Assembly: GCF_006345805.1 (NCBI RefSeq)
Contig: NC_043021.1
Span: forward strand, 25,234,001-25,298,000
Length of the DNA stretch: 64,000 nt
DNA from: Octopus sinensis
Lineage: Eukaryota
Reading direction: 5' to 3'
Made by a program: the position numbers and the translations under genes. The notes beneath the pieces were generated by a model, which did no database searches, was not told where the DNA came from, and saw nothing but the letters and a program-made list of their open reading frames with translations. Position 1 is the first letter of the stretch. The number at the start of each line of letters is the position of its first letter. This document shows, piece after piece, positions 22,920 through 36,640 of the stretch.

Positions 22920-23470
22920 CATCATCATCATCGTTTAACATCTGCTTTTCATGCTGGCATGGGTTGGACGGTTTGACTGAGGACTGGTGAGCCAGAGGCT
23001 GCACCAGGCTCAATCTGATCTGGCAGAATTTCTACAGCTGGATGCCCTTCCTAATGCCAACCACTCCAAGAGTGCACTGGGTGCTTTTATGTGCCACCGG
23101 CACGAGGGCCAGTCAGGCAGTTGTGGCAACAACCACGCTGAAAAGGTGTTTTTTACGTGCTACCTGCATGGGAGCCAGTCAGGCAGAACTGGCAACGACT
23201 ACACTTGAATGTTGTTTTTCACATGTCACTGGCACAAGTGCCAGTAAAGCGACGCTGGCAACGATCACGCTTGAATGGTGCTTTTTATCTACCACCGGCA
23301 CAGGAGCCAATCCATGGACCTGAAAACGACCATGCTCGGATGTGCTTTTAACATTCCACTGGCACGAGTGCCAATCAGGCGGAACTGTCATCAGTCACGT
23401 CAGCGATTTTGATTTGATTTCACTTGCCTCAACAGGTCTTCACAAGCAAAGTTTATTGTCCAATGAATGA
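22920..23470 (-). mobile_element. PHD-RTE family 3' UTR fragment with five diverged ~63-bp units
   Basis: Plus strand (CAT)n-CGTTTAACATC...GGATGCCCTTCC...GGGTGCTTTTATGTGCCA is followed by repeated units with GCCAG..CTGGC stems. A ~80-bp piece is repeated again at ~23505-23590. Confidence 0.8.
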
Positions 23471-23669
23471 GGGGTATCCATAAGTGAGCTGGTTACACCC
23501 CTTGATCAGATGTGCTTTTAACATTCCACTGGCACGAGTGCCAATCAGATAGTACTATCATCAGCCACATCAGCAAGTTTGATTTTGATTTATCTATATA
23601 TGTATATATACATGTATGCATATATATATAATAAACATGTGTATATGTATGTGTGTGTATATATATATA

Positions 23670-23872
23670 TATATAAGTATGTATGTATGTATGCATGCAG
23701 GCATGTATGTATGTATGTATGTATGTATGTACGTATGTATGTATGTATGTATGTATGTATGTATGTATGTATGTATGTATGTATGTATGTATGTATGTAT
23801 GTATGTATGCATGCAGGCATGTATGTATGTATGTATGCATGCAGGCATGTATGTATGTATGTATGCATGCAT
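23670..23872. repeat. (TATG)n compound microsatellite
   Basis: Direct reading. It is the source of the MYVC and HTYI ORFs. Confidence 0.95.
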
Positions 23873-24599
23873 ACCCAGATACCTTTCTTGAAGAAAACTA
23901 GTAAGGTTTCATTGATGATAGGAAAGATATCTGACTAGGAAAGTAGCTCAGTAAGTCCTGGCAAACACACACCACTGAAGTGGAGGATGGAGGGAAGAGA
24001 CTGGGATAATAATAATGATGATGATGATGACGACGACGATGATGATGACTATGTTGATGGTGATGGTGGAGGTGGTGACTAGAATGAAATTGATGACAAT
24101 GATTATGATCATGATAAAGATGATAACGACCATCGTGCCAACATACCTCAACCCCTAATCTGGTGCACAGTTCCCCATCCAGACAGATGATATCACAAAG
24201 CCTTCTCCCTCCCCACTCTCCTACACTCAGCCCTATATATAGTACAAATAATTCATTTGTGTCCTCCAGCTACAAATATTCAATGACAAGATACCACAAA
24301 ACAACCAGTCCCTCCACACACACAAAACGAGCTTCCCAGTTTCTCATCAGATTCACCTCATTCACACCAAAAAACATCAGAAAATATTGACGGTTGTGTT
24401 TGACATGGAATTGACATATGCTAAATGCGTCAAAAAAGACCTTCCAAACAAAAGACATACAAATAATCACTCTACTTAAAATATTCCCTAACGATGTTCT
24501 AAGTTATGCACTTGTGTGTGTGTGTGGAGGAATAAAGAGGGGGGAAATGTTAGTACAAAATGTTTTCAAGATGAAATGAAATTCTTTTCTTTAATTAAA

Positions 24600-26535
24600 A
24601 GTGGTTTCTTGCATCGATGCAAATATGTTTTGCAAAGAAAGACAAAATTTACACAAAATGCAAATTTCTGAGCAAAACCCAAGGTAAAAAGGTGAAAAAA
24701 AATGGAAGAGACATTGCTCCTTCTATCGAAATGTGAAGGAGAGAGAGAAAGAGATGTCCCCTCTCGCAGAACCAACTTTGAGACCAGACAAAATATTGTC
24801 GTGAAAAGACAGTGGCCATCCCAGTTGAAGCTGAAAGAGACCTCCACCACAGGAGGAGGAGGGGGAGAAGAAGAAGAAGAAGAAGAAGAAGAAGAAGAAG
24901 AAGAAGAAGGAGGAGGAGGAGGAGGAGGTAGAAGAAGAAGAAGAAGAGAAGAAGAAGAAGAAGAAGAAGAAGAAGAAGAAGAAGAAGAGAAGAAATAGCA
25001 GAGGACCAGTAAATCCTTTGGGAAAATAACAGACCAGACGAAAACATATTATTTTGTGGAAGGAAAAAATGTTAAAGAAGAAGAAAAGAGCTTAAAACAA
25101 CATCCAAATGAAACAGAAAATGGTGAGAAGAAGAATTTAGCAGCTTTGAGAGGAACTACAAGAGGAAAACTGGTTAAAATAGTGAAAAAGGTGGATGTGT
25201 TGTTAAGAAAACTCTGAAAGTACAACAGACCTAAATGACCTCATATACTGTGGAAATTCTTGGGATTAAGAACCAAAGAAAAACAAGGAATGAAATGCCA
25301 TGGTGGGAACAGAGTCTTGAGAACCAAATTGAACAGCTTGGCAGAGAACTTGGAAGGATAACTGTAACCTCGGAAGAAAATGGTGAGTGAAAAACACTGG
25401 GGCAAGCTGCAAAGAAAGTCCACAAGACACAAAGGATTGAGGGAATTTAAAGAACGGATAAGGCAAAACATCAAAGCAGTGTCTGGGAAAAGAAACAAAA
25501 TAAAAACAGAAAAACAATCAGTACCAGCAGAAATAGAAATTCTATCAACAACTGAACAATGAAGAGAAACATCAGATGAATGATATGCCAGATGTGGAAG
25601 TGGTAAGAAAATACTGCTTTGGAGCAAGGATGTCCAACACGATAAAAAAGCAAATTGGTTGAAGGGATTTAAAAGAAGAATGGAAGAAAATATAACAATT
25701 ACAGATAAGAAAGAGAAAGGTATACTAAATTCCATATTGGAAAGTCCCCAGACCAGAAAATATTCAGGAATTCTGCTTCAAAAATCTCCCCCAAGAATAC
25801 ACCGCGATATGCTACAACCACTTTTTAATGACTTCATAAAAATGGAACTGCAGCATGGATGATAAAAGAAAGGACATTGCTGATACAGAAGGATGAAGAA
25901 AAGAAAAGAGAAGTCAGCAATTCCAGACCTATTATATGTTTGCCATTTCTCTCGAAATTATTAACTGACCTCAAAGCAGATAAAGTGTAATACTTTCTGG
26001 AAAAGAGAGAAGCAAAAGAGAGAAAATTTCCAAAAAGAATTAAGAAGGTGCTCAAAATAAAATTGAATGGAGAAAATATTATGAAAGCAATAAATACATG
26101 GGCTTTCACAGTACTGAGATGTTCTACTACCTTTCTAAAATGGATAAAGAACAAGCTATAAAACTGAGACAGAAGATCTTGGAAGCTGCTCTCAATGCAG
26201 ATGACTTACACTGATAGACTCTGCCTTCCAAGAACGGAAGATGGCAGAGGATTGCTAGATGCAGAAAACACCATTAGTAATATTGGGCTTGAAAAATGAT
26301 GCTATATGTAGTGAAGAAAGAAGAAACTATTGACAGCTAGAAATGTCTGAATAGTTAGCATAAGAGGATTCAAATACAGAAGGAAAAACAATAGAACAAA
26401 CAGATGGAAAGAAACGGAATAACTTGGCTAATTCGTAGAACAACCTGAGGATGTTGAAAGTGAAAAAACTCTGGTTGTGACTGACAGATGGAAGACTGAA
26501 GCGAGAAACAAAATTGCTGATTAGTGAGGCTCATT
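24600..26535 (+). mobile_element. Degenerate R4/Dong-clade non-LTR retrotransposon with the RT catalytic core deleted
   Basis: Translated pieces match R4-type ORF landmarks as I recall them: QNIVVKRQWPSQLKL, PWWEQSLENQIEQL, WKVPRPENIQEF, SNSRPIICLP, KIKLNGENIMKAINTWA, DRLCLPRTEDGRGL, WL*LTDGRLKRET. It has many stops and frameshifts and a (GAA)n/(GGA)n expansion at ~24850-24990. Confidence 0.7.
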
Positions 26536-27848
26536 GCTTGAAAGGTGCTTTTTATGTGTCACCTGCACAGGTGCCAGTTACGAGACACTAACATCATCCA
26601 CACCTGCAATTTCACTTGGCTTGATGGGTCTTCTCAAGCACAGCATATCGCCAAAAGTCTCGGTCACTAGTCATTGCCTCTGTGGGGCCCAAAGTTCAAA
26701 GATCATGCTTCACCACCTCATGCCATGTCTTCCTGGGTCTACCTCTACCACAAGCTCCCTCCACAGTTAGGGATCAGCACCTCTTTACGCAGCTGTCCTT
26801 CTCCATACACATCACATGAGCATACCAGTGCAGTCTCCTCTCTTGCACACCACATCTGATGCCTCTTATGCCTAACTTTTCTCTCAAGATACTTACACTC
26901 TGTCAAACATGCACACTGACATTGCACATCCAGTGAAACATACTAGCTTCATTTCTTTCTTGCCTATGTATGCCCTCGGCTGTCACAGCCCATGTCTCAC
27001 TGCTATGTAGCATGGCTGTTTGCACACTGACATTGCACAACCAGCAAAGCATACTAGCTTCATTTCCTTCAAGCCTACACATGTCCTCGGCTGTCACAGC
27101 CCATGTCTCACTGCTATGTAGCATGGCTGTTTGCATGCAGGCATCATACAACCTGCCTTTCACTCTGAGAGAGAGGCCTTTTGTTGCCAGCAGAGGTAGG
27201 AGCTCTCTAAACTTTGCCCAGCCTAATCTTATTCTCACAGCTATGCTCTCGGAGCATCCACCTCTGCCACTAACTTGATCACCTAGGTAACAGAAGCTAT
27301 CTACCACCTCTAGCCTACTCCCATGGCAGTTGATGGAGTCTGTTTTCTGTACACTTTCGGTGTTTATTGTACCTGTTCATCCACCGCACACAAAAGCTAT
27401 TTTCCCTGTTAACCTTCCTTTGACATTGCTGTCAGGTGCATCTTACAGAGTTACTACCTACACCTTTTCTACAGATCAAGCAGGGCCATCTACCTGAAGA
27501 GACTTGTGATTTGTCTGCCTTCCTACTTACTAAGACTTTGGCGATTCTAGACCTTGCTTCCACACCTGAAACTTCTTCTCTAGTTCTGGTAGTGATTCAG
27601 CTACGATAACAATGTCATCAACATAGAGGAGCTCCCAGAAGCAGCCTGTCTTAAGTTCCTCTGTTATTGCCTGGAGGACTGTGATGAACAAAAGGGGGCT
27701 TCGGTCCGATCCTTGGTGAACCCCTACTTGTACATTGAATTCTTCACTGTACTCATTGCCAATCCTCACCTTAGTGGTGGTGTCTCTGCACATTGTACAG
27801 CTCTCACCAGCCACTCGTCTATCCCTAGTTTCTGCATTGACCACCAGA
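26535..27848 (-). mobile_element. Older, degraded PHD-RTE copy with a 111-bp internal tandem duplication
   Basis: GVHQGSDRSP, LYVDD, a degraded WPCLIC, FCYLGD and TAMLHSSETW (twice) on the minus strand. It abuts the end of the R4-like relic. Confidence 0.85.
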
Positions 27849-27874
27849 ATATAATAATAATAATAATAATAATA

Positions 27875-27908
<34 letters not shown>

Positions 27909-28691
27909 CATAATTCTTTTTAATTTCGGCTCAAGGCAATAAATTTTAAGGGGAAGTCAATTTATATCAACCTCAGCTCTCAACTGGTACTAAATTTACC
28001 AACCTCCTCAGAAAGATAAAAGGCACAGTCGACCTTGGCAAATTTTTGACTCAGAACATAAAGAACAAGAAGAAATGCCAGAACATGAATGATGATGATG
28101 ATGATGATGATGATGAGTAGTAGTAGTAGGATATAGTAGTAATAAACAGTCATCAACCCCACTGCCACCATGACCACCACCACCACAACCAACAACAACA
28201 ACAACAATACCAACCCCACCACCGCCATCATGATCATCATCATTATCATCATAAATAGGTTAAGTTTGTTTCATTGTGTTTGAAGATTGTGCAAAGTGTA
28301 AAGTTTACCTGTATCTCTCTCTCTCTCTCTCTCCCCCTCTCTCCCTCCCTCCCCCTCTCTCTCTCCCTCTCCCTCTCATTTCCTCTTCCAAACCCTCCAA
28401 AATTACAATGTTATCAACTCTTACAACAACCAATGTCTCTTCTTAATCTCTGCTCAACCCCCCCACCCCCACCCCCACCAAAAAAACAAACATAAACAAA
28501 ACAAAATTGCAAAATTGCTTTTTTATTTGTTTATTTATTCATTTCTTTTTCTTGAATCTTCATTAAAACTCCTCCCCAAAAGTGTATTTGTAGGGGTTCT
28601 GAAGGATTATTTTAGAGATTCTGTCTGGTAGCAGAAAAGTCAAAGAGGAGTGAAGAGAATATCAGAAGAGAGGAGAAGTAAAGGGAGAAAA

Positions 28692-28733
<42 letters not shown>

Positions 28734-30149
28734 TAGCTAGATAGATAGAGAAAAAAGAAAGAGAGAGAAAAGAAGATGGAGTTTAGAAAAGTAGAGAGTA
28801 AAAGAGAAAAGAGAAAAAAAGGAGGTTAATTAGATCCAAGATGAAAATTGAATGAAGATGGTAAGATGGTGGAATCAGAAAGATGTGAGTGGACAAAATA
28901 CGATGGACAGTTGGTTGAGAGGTCCAGGTTCAAATTATGGAGGTTTTTCTCATTTTTTTTTTTTATCAGTCAGGAATCGGTCTTAGGCTTTTCATCAAAA
29001 AGATGGTTAGCTCCAAAATCCATAATGTCACAGGGAATCTCCGAAAACGCTTTGCCTTCAATGTCGTAGATTGATGGGATAATTGATAAATCCTTGGACA
29101 AAATAACTTGTAGGTTATTTAGCTGTAATCTTTATGTTCTGAGTTCAAATACCTCTGAGGCCTACCTTGTCTTTGATTCTCCTGGGGTTGATAAAATAAA
29201 ATACCAGACAATTTTTAAGGTTTTAATTTCATCAACTCTTCCCTCCACATGAATCTTTGGTTTTGTGCCTTGTTGCCAATTAATATTCTTTTCTAATCTA
29301 GGCACAAAGCCCGAAATTTTGGGGAAGGGAGCCAGTCAATTAGATCGACCCCAGTACACAACTGGTACTTAATTTATTGACCCCGAAAGGATGAAAGGTA
29401 AAGTCAACCTCAGCAGAGTTGCCAATTAATATTAATGAGAAGCTGATAGAAATGCAGGGAAAAATGCCTTGTGGTATTTATTCCTGCTTTCTACATTCTG
29501 GATAGAAATCCCTCCAATGTTAAGTTTGCTTTTTATCCTACTCAGATCAGTAAAATAATACATCAGTGTATATTGGCGTAATTGGCAAACCTGATCCTCT
29601 CAAAATTGCTGAAGATGCAAAAATAAAATTAATTTCAATTAATCTTCCACATGCATCAGCATGGCATACAGGCAAATGGTTCCTACACTGTTTGTGTAGG
29701 GTCATAGATTGGTGATTCAGTTTGTCCCCTGTATAATTCAGGTACATGATTTTGGCAATCCACAAGAATGGTGAAATGTCAGTATCCATCACACCTGAAT
29801 GGGATTGGAGGTGAGATATCTTGCTTGTCTAAGATTTTCAGGTATTTTAACACCCAGTGCTAAGAAGGAATTGTCTACAGAGTGCTGAACTGCAGCAGAC
29901 CAGCGAACAAGCAAAACACATAATTCAATGTGTGTGTGTGTGTGTGTGTGTAAAGAGAGAGAATGAGAAATACACACACACACACACACACATGATGGGT
30001 TTTCACACAATGTTTGTTAACCAAGTTCCACTGACACTCTCTGAGGTGTTGCCAACTTCAAGTCTGCGGTATTATATAATCCACTTATATATAATCCAAT
30101 GTACTGTGCTGTGGGATTGATCTCTGAATCCCACAGTTGCAAAACAAAC

Positions 30150-30790
30150 CTTTTACCCACACAGCCATATCTGTGTCCGTCTCATACAGCTGAGTCTATA
30201 ACCTAAATGCGGAACTCTTAACACGCTCAGTCCACTTGACTGTAAATAGACACCACAGATTGAGAACAAGTGACTGCTGTACACAGCTGCAATCCAATAA
30301 TATAATAATTGGTTGTGTTAATTGGTTTGGAGTCCTGGGCAGATTTTAACATCTCCATTGTGGTAACAGTTTAGATCCTGAAAATGTAGATTCTTGTCTG
30401 AAGAAATCTGAGAGACTCTTGAAGCAGCCAATTAAATCAAGTCCAGCCAGCGCTTTTATGGTGTGATCACATCAATATCAGGTTCATAGGGTTTGTTGAC
30501 CAGTGCACCTGCAGAGCTTAAAACATGCTGAGCATCCCAAGGCACTTTTAGGCAGAAGGCCATCGGTCAGTCAGTAGTGGAGGCAGCAAAAGTAGATGAG
30601 GAGGTGTTAGCCCTGGAAGGGACAGTGATTACCAGGGGCAGTGCTAACTGGACACAAGCCAGGGCTCGATTAACCCTGGCAGGGTCACTGAGACGAAAGT
30701 ATCTGATTGTTAGAAGACCCACAACACTTGATGATGTGTCCAGATGCATTAAAAAGATGAGATATGGAAAAACTTAATCCCAAAGGGCAA
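30150..30790 (+). mobile_element. Highly degenerate RTE-like fragment (linker region before RT)
   Basis: RRPTTLDDVSRCIKKMRYGK resembles the PT..EV..AI..LK.GK motif. SQRFYGVI resembles the RTE linker. Confidence 0.35.
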
Positions 30791-31248
30791 AGTTGAAAGC
30801 AGAGAAAGTGTGATGGCTTCAGAGAAACTAAGCAAGCAAACTCTGTTGGCTGCATAATGTTAGTGTGGATAAGTGATGTAGCACAGAAGAGTTGGGTGAA
30901 AGAAGAGAACAGAAGAGGAATCGGATGTATTGTGCAAGAAAGAGAACTGTATTGGTTTGAATAAGTAATTTGTATGGAAGACACTGTAGAATGCCGAGTA
31001 TGTTTTTATGTCTTGAAAGGTACAAGTGACATCACTAGTGTAGGTGCCACAGTGAAAATGTATTTAGGGTTTGCATTTAAGAGGAACTTCCAGTCATAGA
31101 AGCCATGCAAACATAGAACATACGAGTGTGACAGGGTCCACCGACCTGTCTGGGGTGGGAGCACCATGTCTCAGTTGTGTTTGGTTTTTATAGAACTGAC
31201 TCAGATCATTACAAATTGTCAGACCCATGCCAGCATGAAAAGTGCACA

Positions 31249-31290
<42 letters not shown>

Positions 31291-31326
31291 TGATGATGAT
31301 GATGATGATGACGATGGTGATGTGTA

Positions 31327-31362
<36 letters not shown>

Positions 31363-31442
31363 TGTGTATTTCTGAGACAAATCCCATACATTTTTATATA
31401 TCTTTGATTTTTGCCTTGTTTCAATCAAGGTTAGGATTGGCA

Positions 31443-32790
31443 ACTATTCATCATAGTCCTCCAGGCAATAACAGAGGAATTCAAAACAGGTTGCCCTTGG
31501 GAGCTCCTCTATGCTGATGACCTGGCTCTCATAGCAAAATCACTACTGGAAAGAGAAAAGAAATTTCGGGTGTGCAAGCAAGGGTTAGAATCAAAGGGCC
31601 TTAGAGTAAATGTAGCAAAGACCAAAGTTATAGTAAGCAGAAAGGCGAACTCAGCACACACACCCTCGGGCAGGTGGCCCTGCTCGATCTGTAGGAAAGG
31701 TGTAGGTAGAAACTCCTTAAGCTGTACCCAGTGTAAGCTATGGACGCATAAGAGGTGCAGCAACACCAAAGGGAAATTAACTGACAAGATAGCTTTCATG
31801 TGCGGCAGATGCACAGGGACAATAGACACCACAGATACTCAGAAAACAGATTCCATCACACTCCAGTGGGAGAAACTAATAATAGTTGATAGTTTCCGCT
31901 ACCTGGGTGACCAAGTTAGTAGTGGAGGTGGATGCTCAGAGAGTGTCACCACTAGAATACGAATAGCCTGGGCAAAGTTTAGAAAGCTCCTACCCCTACT
32001 GGCGACAAAGGGTCTCTCGCTCAGAGTGAAAGGTAGATTGTATGATGCATGTGTGCGAACTGCCATGCTTCACGGTAGTGAAACATGGGCTGTGAATGCA
32101 GAGGACATGCGTAGACTTGAAAGAAATGAAGCTAACATGATCCGCTGGATGTGTAATGTCAGTGTGCGCACACGACAGAGTGTAAGCACCCTGAGAAAAA
32201 TGCTGGACATAAGAAGCATCAGATGTGGTGTGCAAGAGCGACGTTTGCACTGGTACGGTCATGTACTGCAGATGGATGAGGAGAGATGTGTGAAGAAGTG
32301 CCGCTCCCAAACAGTTGAAGGTATCAGAGGGAGAGGTAGACCCAGGAAGACATGAGATGAGGTAGTCAAGCTTGACCTTTGAACATTGGGCCTCACAGAG
32401 GCAATGACGAAAGACCGAGATCTCTGGAGATATGCTGTGACTGCAAAGACCCAGGCTGCTTCCTACACCAGTTTCGCATAGCCCCTGCCCATTCAAAGTA
32501 CCTTTGATTGCAGAACGACCTGCTGTGCTTGAGGAGACCAATTGAGTCAAGTACATCAACATCAAAATAAATATCAAATGGAAATTGTAGTTACGATACC
32601 TGTACCAGTAGCATATAAAAAGCACCCACTACACTCTCGGAGTGGTTGGCATTAAGAAGGGCATCCAGCTGTAGAAACACTGCCAGATCAGAATGGAGCC
32701 TAGTGCAGCCTTCTGGCTTCCCAGACCCCGGTCGAACCGTCCAACCCGTGCTAGCATGAAAAACGGACGTTAAACGATGATGATGATGAT
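31443..32790 (+). mobile_element. 5'-truncated PHD-RTE LINE (subfamily B)
   Basis: YADD at ~31510, intact PHD ligands at 31681-31812, FRYLG, TAMLHGSETW and GRGRPRKT. (GAT)n tail at ~32775-32790. Confidence 0.92.
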
Positions 32791-32967
32791 TATATATATA
32801 TATTTGTATGTATGTATATATACATATATATATGTCTACATATATATATTAATCAGCCAAAATTGCGAGGATGATCCGGTTCTTGACTGAAGATTGAAGG
32901 CTTCGAATGTCCCATCCGTGTTTTTTGTATCGTCTTCTAAAATGTTTTGCGTTCTTGTCCCAGTTTG

Positions 32968-32999
<32 letters not shown>

Positions 33000-33171
33000 T
33001 GAGAGAGAGAGAGAGAGAGAGGGAGCTATTTAAATATATTAACAGTTAAATATACAGACAGAGAGAAAGATAAAATCCTTGTGTATAAGTGTACAAGGAT
33101 ACATAAACACAAACACATACATATGCACATGCACACACACACACACATGTGGACATACATGCATACATGTA

Positions 33172-33221
<50 letters not shown>

Positions 33222-33749
33222 CCTTCATTCATATATGCATAATTATTCAGATACATACATAACCTGTTGTTGATGTTGAAATTCCAATGAAGGAGCCTTG
33301 GATCTAGGTTAGGAACTGTCTCTTTCTCTATTGGCAAGAAATCTTGAAATAAAACTGAACAATGAGGCATACATACATACATAAGCCTGAACACTTGGTG
33401 TGAACAGAGGCATGGTTGGCGTGGGAGATTCTTCATTGAATGGTCTACTAAATACCACGCACAGCATTGAAGCCACAACCGTCAGCCTTGTTAAACAACT
33501 GGTTATTTTTCTGTTCACATACATCGAAGAAACCATTTATTCCTGATCACAATGATATTTGCATCAAATTGGGATTCATTATTTTGAAATTTACTACAAA
33601 AAGTCCAACAGGACATTATGAAACCTCAGAAAAACAATATTCAGAATAAATATAAGAATACGTTTTCAATGCGTACAGACGATCCATGGACTACCAACAC
33701 ACCACATGTGTGTGTGTGTGTGTGTGTGCTCGATTCTGTTTATGTACCT

Positions 33750-33983
33750 ATTTCTTTATTACCCACAAGGGGCTAAACACAGAGGGGACAAACAAGGACA
33801 GACATAGGTATTAAGTCGATTACATCGACCCCAGTGCGTAACTGGTACTTAATTTATCGATCCCGAAAGGATGAAAGGCAAAGTTGACCTCGGCGGAATT
33901 TGAACTCAGAACATAACGGCAGACGAAATACTGCTGAGCATTTCGCCCGGCGTGCTAACGTTTCTGCCAGCTCGCCACCTTTT
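33750..33983 (-). mobile_element. tRNA-derived SINE, same family as 10116-10335, with a 17-bp TSD
   Basis: TSD ATTCTGTTTATGTACCT at 33733-33749 and 33984-34000. Confidence 0.92.
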
Positions 33984-34040
33984 ATTCTGTTTATGTACCT
34001 CGAGCCGGTTCTAATTCACAGTTGAAATTTTCTGTGGCAT

Positions 34041-34390
34041 GAAACGTTGCGACATGCGCCTGTAGATGGTCTTTAAACCATTCACCGTATAGCCATAGCT
34101 TGCGATATAGCTTGCAGCAAGCCTTGTTTGGTACGTGGCATTGAAGAGCCACAACAATGACGAAATGTCTGCTGCTCTGAAAAGGAAAAAAAGAACCTGA
34201 TGGGGATTGTCCCATTTGCCTATGACTTACTTTCACGTGCTTTTAACACCAGGCGCATTGAGAATATATTCTCTTATGCCTGAAAAAGCAGCCGACCCAC
34301 AATCCAACAACACACACACACACACACCTTGTGTATTTGTTTTCGATTTTGTTTATATTTCCTCAGCTACTTTTATTCATATTTGAATAA
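34041..34390. repeat. Second, one-armed copy of the 15.5-16.0 kb fold-back element
   Basis: Highly similar to ~15717-16050. The left inverted arm is absent. Confidence 0.85.
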
Positions 34391-35659
34391 ACACACACAC
34401 ACACAACACACACACACACACACACATGCATGCCTACACAAATACACATGTACACACTCCAAGCATAAAAGCCTTCTTCACAAATGTACATAATGAGTTA
34501 ATGAATACTTGAACATGTTAATCTAAATTTGATATCTGGTACGAAGTAATTAAATATATCCCTTGTTAGTGGCTAATTATTTGTACAAGAATAGAGACAC
34601 ATACAGGACTAATTGTTACAATCCTGGAGTTGGCTTTCAAACAACACAAATTTCATGCCACTCTTGCTGGATATTCATTATTAGATCGTTAAAATGCTAA
34701 TTATATTAATTACTTATTGTTGCATCTTACCTAATAATTTTATACACAAGTGTTACTGTTTACATGTGTGTGTGTGTATGAGAATGTGTGTATCTTTGTG
34801 TTTCTCTATGTGTGTAGGTGTGTGTGTGTGGGTGGGTGTGTACATGTAAGTGCCATCCTTCTTTATTTTACAAGAATTCATAGGACCATTGATCAGCTCC
34901 GTATCCTGATTATGTGTGTATATTTGTATATACATACATACTCATGCACACACCTACATATATATATCTATGTGTGTGTATATATGTATACACACACACA
35001 CACATATATATATACATATATATATGTATATATGTATATGCATGCATGTACATGTGTGTGTGTGTGTGTGTGTATGCATGCATGTGTGTATTGAGGGAAA
35101 AGGTTGGGGGAACTGTCTCTGTCAGAAGTTTCCTGCCATGTGTTTTCTCCTCTTTGCTCAACTGAACCCCCTGCTTATTAGATTGCCATTCAAGTGACTC
35201 AGTAAGGCCCTGGTACAGGAGTTCCAGGGTTCTTGAGTAGTGTGGAACCATTTCTTTGCCGCTATTGCTCCCAGCTCTACCCTGACCCAGAGCAGTGGCA
35301 CCTGTCAGAGTTCCAGCAATGGGTTAACCAGTGTAGGTGGTGACATTCCATCTGAGTACAGAGACACAGAAATACCCTAGGTTGGTGTCAGGGTGCCCAG
35401 TAAAACTACAGGGAGTGAGGGGCCCCTCACTGTTGTCACAGCATCTTTCTAGGAGTGGGAAACACTGATGTAAAACTGTGGTTTCAAGTGATTCCTGGTC
35501 ATCTTGTTTCATCTCGTTACTTGGTATTAATCTCGGAAACTCAGAGAGTTGTACTTGTGTGCTACAAGTGGTTACCACTGTGATCCAATGATGTGCAGAT
35601 GTCTGTTTGTGCTGACCTCATTTGCAGGCATGTGCAGACCAAACTAGTAGAGAAGAGCT

Positions 35660-35825
35660 CAATAAGTTATGACTTTTGTCTGCCATCTATGTGCCAAACT
35701 TTGCAGATCTGCACTGGGAGTGAATAGTCACCAGAGAGGTCATGGATGGAAAGTTAGAAATGTCATTGACATTAAGGAAGCACAACAAGATGCAATCATC
35801 TGTGAAGATGGAGCAATCACCATGT
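35660..35825 (+). mobile_element. RTE 3' end relic with a C2H2-type zinc finger
   Basis: FVCHLCAKLCRSALGVNSHQRGH resembles the RTE C-terminal finger, as in YICGTCQRECLSRIGLHSHSRKC at 16.2 kb. Confidence 0.5.
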
Positions 35826-36094
35826 CTGTGTATATGCCTGTGTGTATATGCACACAGTACCCTGTTGTGTGATGTGGTGGTCTCTGAGGAAGCTAGGGGT
35901 ATACAATGAGTGGCTAGTGAAAGCTGTGCAGGTCATGTGTAGGGGTTTTGCCAGTAAGGTGAGAGTTAACCATGAATGCTGTTATTTAATGTATTTATCT
36001 AATCAAGCCCGAAAGGATGAAAGGCAAAGTTGGTGCAGAACAGAGAGAACGAACGGGCAAACAATTGGCATCGGTTGAGAGCTTGGAATTTCTA

Positions 36095-36311
36095 TATTCA
36101 AACATGACTGGCCAAGCGAGCAGGCCAACAGACGAAAGAGTGAGAGAAAGAGTGGTGAAAGAGTACAGCAAGGATCACCACCCCCTGCCGGAGCTTCGTG
36201 GAGCTTTTAGGTGTTTTCGCTCAATAAACATTCACAACACCCGGTCTGGGAATCGAAACCGCGATCCTACGACCGCGAGTCCACTGCTGTAACCACTAGG
36301 CCATTGCGCCT

Positions 36312-36313
<2 letters not shown>
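36095..36313 (-). mobile_element. tRNA-derived SINE, third family
   Basis: The minus strand begins GGAGGCGCAATGGCCTAGTGGTT (A box) and has GGTTTCGATTCCC (B box). Sister copy at 47801-48157. Confidence 0.8.
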
Positions 36314-36373
<60 letters not shown>

Positions 36374-36589
36374 GTCTTTAAAATGAAACTGGATCTTTTC
36401 TTGTCAGGTATCCCAGATGAACCAACTTCACGGCAGGAGGTGCAGATGAGGGCAGCTGCATCGAACTCCCTCATGCACCAAATGGCAGTTGCTAAAAAGC
36501 ATTCGTGAAGTAAAACCATGTAGCAACACCAAATGGCGGTGCCCCAGCATGGCCACAGCTCGTGAGCTGAAACTAGAATCAATCAATCA

Positions 36590-36640
<51 letters not shown>

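Noticed and set aside
23493-23938. Many overlapping ORFs (MYVC.., HTYI..), and similar ORFs at 13.8, 34.9, 37.2, 42.1, 46.4, 48.3 and 50.4 kb
   Set aside because: They are translations of (TATG)n, (CA)n, (TA)n and (TCTA)n microsatellites.
24649-25047. Poly-E/poly-G and poly-L ORFs
   Set aside because: They come from a (GAA)n/(GGA)n expansion inside the R4-like relic.
29547-29792. 81-aa minus-strand ORF as a host exon
   Set aside because: No recognisable motif and no convincing donor. The opposite strand looks equally protein-like.
36240-36313. tRNA gene
   Set aside because: A and B boxes are present, but it continues into a repeated SINE body and lacks a proper acceptor stem. It is a SINE head.
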